Below, piece by piece: positions 54,440 to 64,000 of a stretch of DNA of 64,000 bases. The translations under genes were made by a program, and so were the position numbers. The number at the start of each line of letters is the position of its first letter. Position 1 is the stretch's first letter. The notes under the pieces were generated by a model, which was not told the origin of the DNA, made no database searches, and saw only the letters and a list, made by a program, of their open reading frames with translations. Source of the stretch: Octopus sinensis (lineage: Eukaryota). Location: contig NC_043001.1 of assembly GCF_006345805.1 (NCBI RefSeq), positions 130,696,001-130,760,000 on the forward strand, written 5' to 3'.

Positions 54440-57240
<2,801 letters not shown>

Positions 57241-57772
57241 TCATCAGTTTTCTTATTTTATCCTCTTTTAGTTTTTACACTTCTTTATTTTTCTTCAATA
57301 TTTTTTCAACATTTATTTGTTCTCATCTCTTTCTCTTTAACTCTGTCTACTTATTTACGTATTTATGTATTTACTTCATCTTTTGTTTTTATTTCTCCTT
57401 CTCTTTCCGTCTATTTTTCTCAATTACTTACACCTTTATAGCTCCCTGTCTTTTCAAGTTGATGCAGTAAAATAGACACTTAAGGGGAGAGTGTGATAGA
57501 AATAAAACACATAGCCATATATTTATTACAGTATGTACATGCATATGTGTGCAAACATACGGTTCCTATCTATGTACGAAAGAGTCTAATTGTATGTATA
57601 TGATACTTGATGGCATATATACATACATGTGTGAGCGTATGTGTGTGTGTGTGTGTGTATGTGTGTTTGTGTGTGTGATTCGATGCCATTGCCTTATTGC
57701 CTATATAAAGCATATTTCTGTATCTATCTAAACACATGCATATATCTGCAAGCCTTCTTTCTCTTTAATAAC

Positions 57773-57819
<47 letters not shown>

Positions 57820-57919
57820 CTGTGTGTGCATTCCCTGCCGGTGTGGAGTACAATGGTCATTGATGATGGTGATGATGATATATACATAGGTTCCTGCTAA
57901 AAAAGGAACATATACATAC

Positions 57920-57963
<44 letters not shown>

Positions 57964-58452
57964 GCATGCAAACATTAGCACAGCCTACACGTACATACAT
58001 TCATACATACACACATGCATACATACATACATACATACATACCATACATACATACATACATACATACATACATACATACATACATACATACATGTGCAAT
58101 TTTCTTTACATTTTACACATCCAGAAATATATATGTATAATATATATATATATATATTATATATATATATAATATAAACAGACACAATGTATACCAGGTG
58201 TATGAAAATGTGTTGTGTGTTCTGCAACTATTTTGGTAGATGTGTCCATACATATATAATATATGTATATATGTATGTATATATATAAAAACTATTCTAT
58301 CGGCCGGCTTCCCTGATTTCAGTTCTTCGTGTTTTTTTCTGTAGCGAGTAAATAATATGTGGAAATTGATGATTTAAAAGTCTATTATCAGCATATTGGC
58401 ATTGAAATAATTTTCATTAGCCCTTATATATAAGTTGTATATATATAAGTTG

Positions 58453-58486
<34 letters not shown>

Positions 58487-58651
58487 GTATGTTGACACAA
58501 ACAAGAAAAATAGAACTCAAAACATGAATATAAGTATGTTTTTATTAATACTTAACAGAAGGATCAGTGTGATTAAAGTCCAAGAGTTTCATGCATTGAT
58601 AAGTGCCAATGCATGAAACACTCAGACCTTGGGTCACTCTGTTACTTCTGC

Positions 58652-58686
<35 letters not shown>

Positions 58687-58689
<3 letters not shown>

Positions 58690-59108
58690 TGCAGGAGTGG
58701 CTGTGTGGTAAGTAGCTTGTTTACCAACCACATGGTTCCGGGTTCAGTCCCACTGCGTGGCATCTTGGGCAAGTGTCTTCTACTATAGCCTCGGGCCGAC
58801 CAAAACCTTGTGAGTGGATTTGATAGACGGAAACTGAAAGAAGCCCGTTGTATATATGTATGTATATATATATGTGTTTGTGTATGTTTGTGTGTCCTTG
58901 TTTGTCCCCCTAGCATTGCTTGACAACCGATGCTGGTGTGTTTATGTCCCCGTTACTTAGCGGTTTGGCAAAAGAGACCGATAGAATAAGTACTGGGCTT
59001 ACAAAAAGAAAAAAGAATAAGTCCCGGGGTCGAGTTGCTCGATTAAAGGCAGTGCTCCAGCATGGCCGCAGTCAAATGACTGAAACAAGTAAAAGAGTAA
59101 AGAGTAAG
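58687..59108 (+). mobile_element. SINE family A
   Basis: Full-length match. Confidence 0.85.
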
Positions 59109-59991
59109 AGAGTATATATATATATGTTTGTTTTCATGTTCAACTATTATACAAAACACTGTTTTACATTAATCTAAAGGGTTACTCTATACTTTTGTAG
59201 AACAGAAATTTATGATTCTTTTTCAAGAATGTTGTTGATAGTGACTGCGAAGTTCCAGCCAGCTAAGCCATCATCAGATAGTCCGACAATGACTTAGCTG
59301 GATGAAACTTCGAGATTACTGACAACAACATTGTTGTATAATAATGTATGTGTGTATGTGTGTGAGAAGGAGTGTTTGTGAGTAATGTGAATGTGTGTGT
59401 ATTTATGTGTTACATGCACCTATGTTTGTAGAGTTGTGTGAATGCCTTCATAAAGACATAATTGTCAGTGTGTGTGTGTGTATGTGTGCATGTGTGCTTA
59501 TGAGTCTGTTTGGTATATGTTCATATGTGGGGGCTGGGTGGTAGTAGTTGATGTGTGTGTGTGTGTGTGTGATATGCATAATGTGTGTCTATACCTACCT
59601 AAAGATATAGTTGTCAGTGTTTGCATGTTTGCTTGTGTACGTGTGCATGATGTCAGTGTACCCATCCCTGTGTATATACTGATGAGAACATCACTAAACC
59701 ATCCAAGCAACCAACCATTCTATATAATACATCTATACACCCAAAACAAAAACACCCAGGCTATTGTCATGGTGAAATTAGTCACAGTCAGAGGTTACGC
59801 ACACTCACACCGAGAATAAAGTAATGAGACCGAAAACTGAGGGGAGCGATTACAATAAACAAATGAAAAATATGTGTCATACATTCTAAAGGATTATTAA
59901 ACCAATTATTTTCATTCACATACATAATACATACACACACACACACACACCACACACACACCACACACAACACACACCACATATATATATA

Positions 59992-60055
<64 letters not shown>

Positions 60056-61384
60056 GCATACATACATGCATACACAAGCACAGTTGCACACACTCATATA
60101 GACTCACACACATACATATACATACACATACACACCTACGCACATCAATTTATATTTGTAATTTCGGTCTTTTAAATTGAAATGTTGGCATGTGAAATAA
60201 TAAATTCTCCATTTTAGCTTTTCATTTACACAAGATTTAAATCTAATTCTGTAAAATGGATCATTTCATTTTTTTTCCTTTCGACATATCTATTTGCTTT
60301 GAACACTATTTACTTTGTTTGACATCACAAGAAAGTGCAAAATCAAATCCCCTTGACTAGACCCAGAAGAAAATGTCAACCTTCACAAGATAGCATGACA
60401 CTAGAGATTAAGCAACATTGGTACATGCTGTATTGCAGATGTCTCTTACCAAAGATCACACAGATATTGCTATGGTGCTGGTGTTGAAACTGACTTGAGT
60501 TCTTCCTTTCGGTTTTAATATATAAACCAGTTCAGGCAGCGAAATGGAAAATGATTAGTGGTATTTCATCCGTCTTTAAGTTCTGAGTTCAAATTCCACA
60601 GAGGTTGACTTAAGGCTGCGAGCCAACAGAATTAATACTATGCTGAGTGATGATGTTTAGTGACATTTCTTCCATCTTCACATTCTGAGTTCAAATTCCC
60701 CTGAGGTCAACTTTGCTTTTCGCCCTTTTGGGGGTCAATAAAATAAGTAGAATTGAGTATTAGGGTTGATGTAATTAACTTATCCCCTCTCCCGAAATTG
60801 CTAGCCTTGTGCCAAAATTTGAAATCTAGTATATATACATTACAATTTGTGTGTGTATATTGACTAACGCATACATTTCCACAATTCTCAACCAATTTTC
60901 CCCAAACTTTACACACATATTACATATGTGCTAATGATGGTCATGCACTATAATATTTTTCCCAGAGCTCCCACATAAATGGACAAACCAGGAAAAACTG
61001 TGGTTTACACGGGGTTTTCTCTAATTCGTTGTATGTAGGGTTTCCATACTTTTTTAATCTATATGGTCATATATTTGCATTGCAAAATATTTTTTAGCTT
61101 TCACATGTTTTGATTTATTATTCATTTATGTTTAACTGTCCGAAGGATGGGTGCATTTGCTAGTCAATATATAAACCAGTTGAATTTATGGAAATTTTTT
61201 GTTTTATAAATGTTATTATTTTCATTTGGATGCATACATTTGTAAATCTTCATAACATTGTTTCATAATTCTGTGGATTGGCAGAATCATTAAAACTCCA
61301 AACAAAATGCCTCATGGCATTTATTCAAATTCTACATTCTTAATTCAAATCCATTTGAGGTCATTTTTTGCCTAATATTTATTC

Positions 61385-61548
61385 AGGCAGGAGTGGCTGT
61401 GTGGTAAGTAGCTTGTTTACCAACCACATGGTTCCCGGTTCAGTCTCATTGCGTGGCACCTTGGGCAAGTTTCTTTTACTATAGCCTCGGGCTGACCAAA
61501 GCCTTGTGAGTGGATTTGGTAGACGGAAACTGAAAGAAGCCCATCATA

Positions 61549-61583
<35 letters not shown>

Positions 61584-61800
61584 GCGTGTGTGTGCTTGTG
61601 TGTCTGTGTTTGTCCCCCTAGCATTGCTTGACAACCGATGCTGGTGTGTTTATATCCCCATTACTTAGCGGTTCGGCAAAAAGAGACCAATAGAATAAGT
61701 ACTGGGCTTACAAAAGAATAAGTCCTGGGGTTGAGTTACTCGATTAAAGGCGGAGCTCCAGCATGGCCGCAGTCAAATGATTGAAACAAGTAAAAGAGAG
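61385..61800 (+). mobile_element. SINE family A
   Basis: Full-length match. Confidence 0.85.
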
Positions 61801-62059
61801 GTGAGGCAAATAAAATAAAGTACCTGTGAAATACTGGGCTAATTCTGTCAACAATCTTCCTACCAATAAAAACTATAAGCTTCGTACCTAAATTAACTTT
61901 GGTTTCAATCCTTAGTTAAGGTTGTTGAAAGCATAACATTCACAGATGAAACTCAGGGAAGGAAGAGACTGACTTAACCAAAATAAAAATTTGTTATTAA
62001 TTTCTGTCAAAGCATTGAACACTCTTTTTTTCTTCTGGCAATACAAATGTCTACCTTTT

Positions 62060-62962
62060 ATGTTTTACTTGCTTCAGTCATTAGACCACACCATGTCGGG
62101 GCACTGACCCGAAGAATTTTTAGTAGAATGCATTGACCCCAGTTCTGATTTTTTTTTAAACTTGGTACTTATTCTATCAGTCACTTCTGCCAAATCACTA
62201 CATTAAGAGGATGTAAACACACCAGCACTGGTTTCCAAGCACTGGTGGGAAACAAACACAGATACAGAGATATACGCCTAGATATATACATTTGTACGAC
62301 AAGCTTCTTTCAGTTTCCATCTACTAAATCTACTCACAAGGCTTTGGTTGACCTGAGACTATAGCAGAAAACACTTGCTCAAGGTACCACACAGTGAGAC
62401 TGAACCCCAAGCCAAATGGTTGCAAAGAAAGCTTCTTACCACACAGCCACACCTGTACCTAACAAACTTATTTTATATAGAAAATAGAAGTTCAAAATGT
62501 GCTGGAATTTGTTTAGATATTTTCATTTAAAAACTTTTAAAGACTTAACCAGCTTCACAGATTTCTCTGATTATCAAAAGTTGAAATAGAACAATGTGGA
62601 ACTGTGTTGTAGCTATCTTACTCAGAAGCAAGCAATATCAGGCTAGTTTCACCAGTTAAACATTAACAAATTTTAAAATTTTAAAAATCTAAAAAATCCC
62701 AGTGCATTTTCAACTTCTCTTTATATATATATATATATGTACTCTTTTACTTTTTTACTTGTTTCAGTCATTTGACTGCGGCCATGCTGGAGCACCACCT
62801 TTAGTCGAGCAAATCGACCCCAGAACTTATTCTTTGTAAGCCTAGTTCTTATTCTATCGGTCTTTTTTGCCGAACCACTAAGTTACAGGGACGTAAACAC
62901 ACCAGCATTGGTTGTCAAGCGATGTTGGGGGTAGGACAAATATAGACACACAAACACTCACA

Positions 62963-63014
<52 letters not shown>

Positions 63015-63034
63015 ACACACACACACACACACAC

Positions 63035-63090
<56 letters not shown>

Positions 63091-64000
63091 CAACGGACTT
63101 CTTTCAGTTTCTGTTTATCAAATCCACTCACAAGGTTTTTGTTGGCCCTAGGCTATAGTAGAAGACACTTGCTGAAGGTGCCACGCAGTGGGACTGAACC
63201 AAGAACCATGTGGTTGGTAAGCAAGCTACTTACCACACAGCCACTTCTGTGCCTGATATATACATATATATATATATATACATACACACATATATATATT
63301 AAAGATCCTGTAGTGCTGTCTTCACAATGAGCAAGGAGCTTTCTTCAAATATTCTGATCACTTGCCTTCTTTCTGGCTCTGCTCCACCCAACTCACATCT
63401 CTATCGTGTTGTCCCAGAACGTACTGCACCACATCTTGCTTGGTCCTGCTCGCGGTCTTTTTCCTCCTTCTGGCATCCATTCCATCACAGTAGTAACATG
63501 TCACTCCTGCAGTAATCACAGCACATGGTCAGCAAACCATATCCATCATTTAGTCACCACGTCCTGCAAACTTCCTATCTCAGCTGTTCTCATCAGCTCC
63601 TTTGTTTCTCATCCTATCCTGGTGAGAGATGCCCAGGATCGAATGTAGGCAGCATCAATTAAACACATCCAGCAATCGAGAGACCTTTGCTGTCTTCTTT
63701 CAGGTTTCAAAGATATAGATGGCTGTAGATAAAAACCATAGAGGAGTATAGCTGTAGCTTTATCTTCTTACTGATGGTCTACTCTTTACTCTTTTACTCT
63801 TTTACTTGTTTCAGTCAAATGACTGCGGCCATGCTGGAGCACTGTCTTTTAATCGAGCAACTCGACCCCAGGACTTATTCTTTTGTAAGCCCAGTACTTA
63901 TTCTATCGGTCTCTTTTGCCGAACCGCTAAGTAACGGGGACATAAACACACCAGCATTGATTGCCAAGCAATGCTAGGGGGACAAACACAGACACACAAA
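62060..64000 (-). mobile_element. Three minus-strand SINE A copies (62060-62458 diverged, 62740-63252, 63781-window end)
   Basis: Match A consensus. Confidence 0.8.
63320..63780 (-). mobile_element. Decayed RTE-like LINE RT C-terminal fragment
   Basis: Frameshifted peptides KIKLQLYS, SILGIS..DRMRN, WFADHVL, VMEWMPEGGKRPRAGP. Confidence 0.7.

Overview
AT-rich, microsatellite-saturated animal genomic DNA. It is most likely an octopus (coleoid cephalopod), inferred from recognised SINE/LINE families and simple-repeat load, not from a search. I could not identify any host protein-coding gene with confidence. Almost all listed ORFs are translations of microsatellites or TE remnants, and only a few weak candidate exons exist. 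The window is mostly transposon debris: four tRNA-headed SINE families (labelled A-D here), RTE, R4/Dong, Tx1-like and CR1-like LINE fragments, a decayed mariner, piggyBac-type MITEs and a Helentron-type HINE. The most interesting signal is a set of short non-coding elements carrying minimal type I hammerhead-ribozyme motifs of the Penelope-like (PLE) kind. They recur as head-to-head inverted pairs around microsatellite spacers. One copy has a Pol III tRNA-like head, (AAT)n and a hammerhead tail, and sits inside a perfect 113-bp inverted duplication of neighbouring DNA. There is also a dense cluster of fold-back palindromes at 14.8-20.6 kb and two ~100-nt near-perfect hairpins. All alignments and counts were done by eye, and element boundaries are approximate unless a TSD is given.
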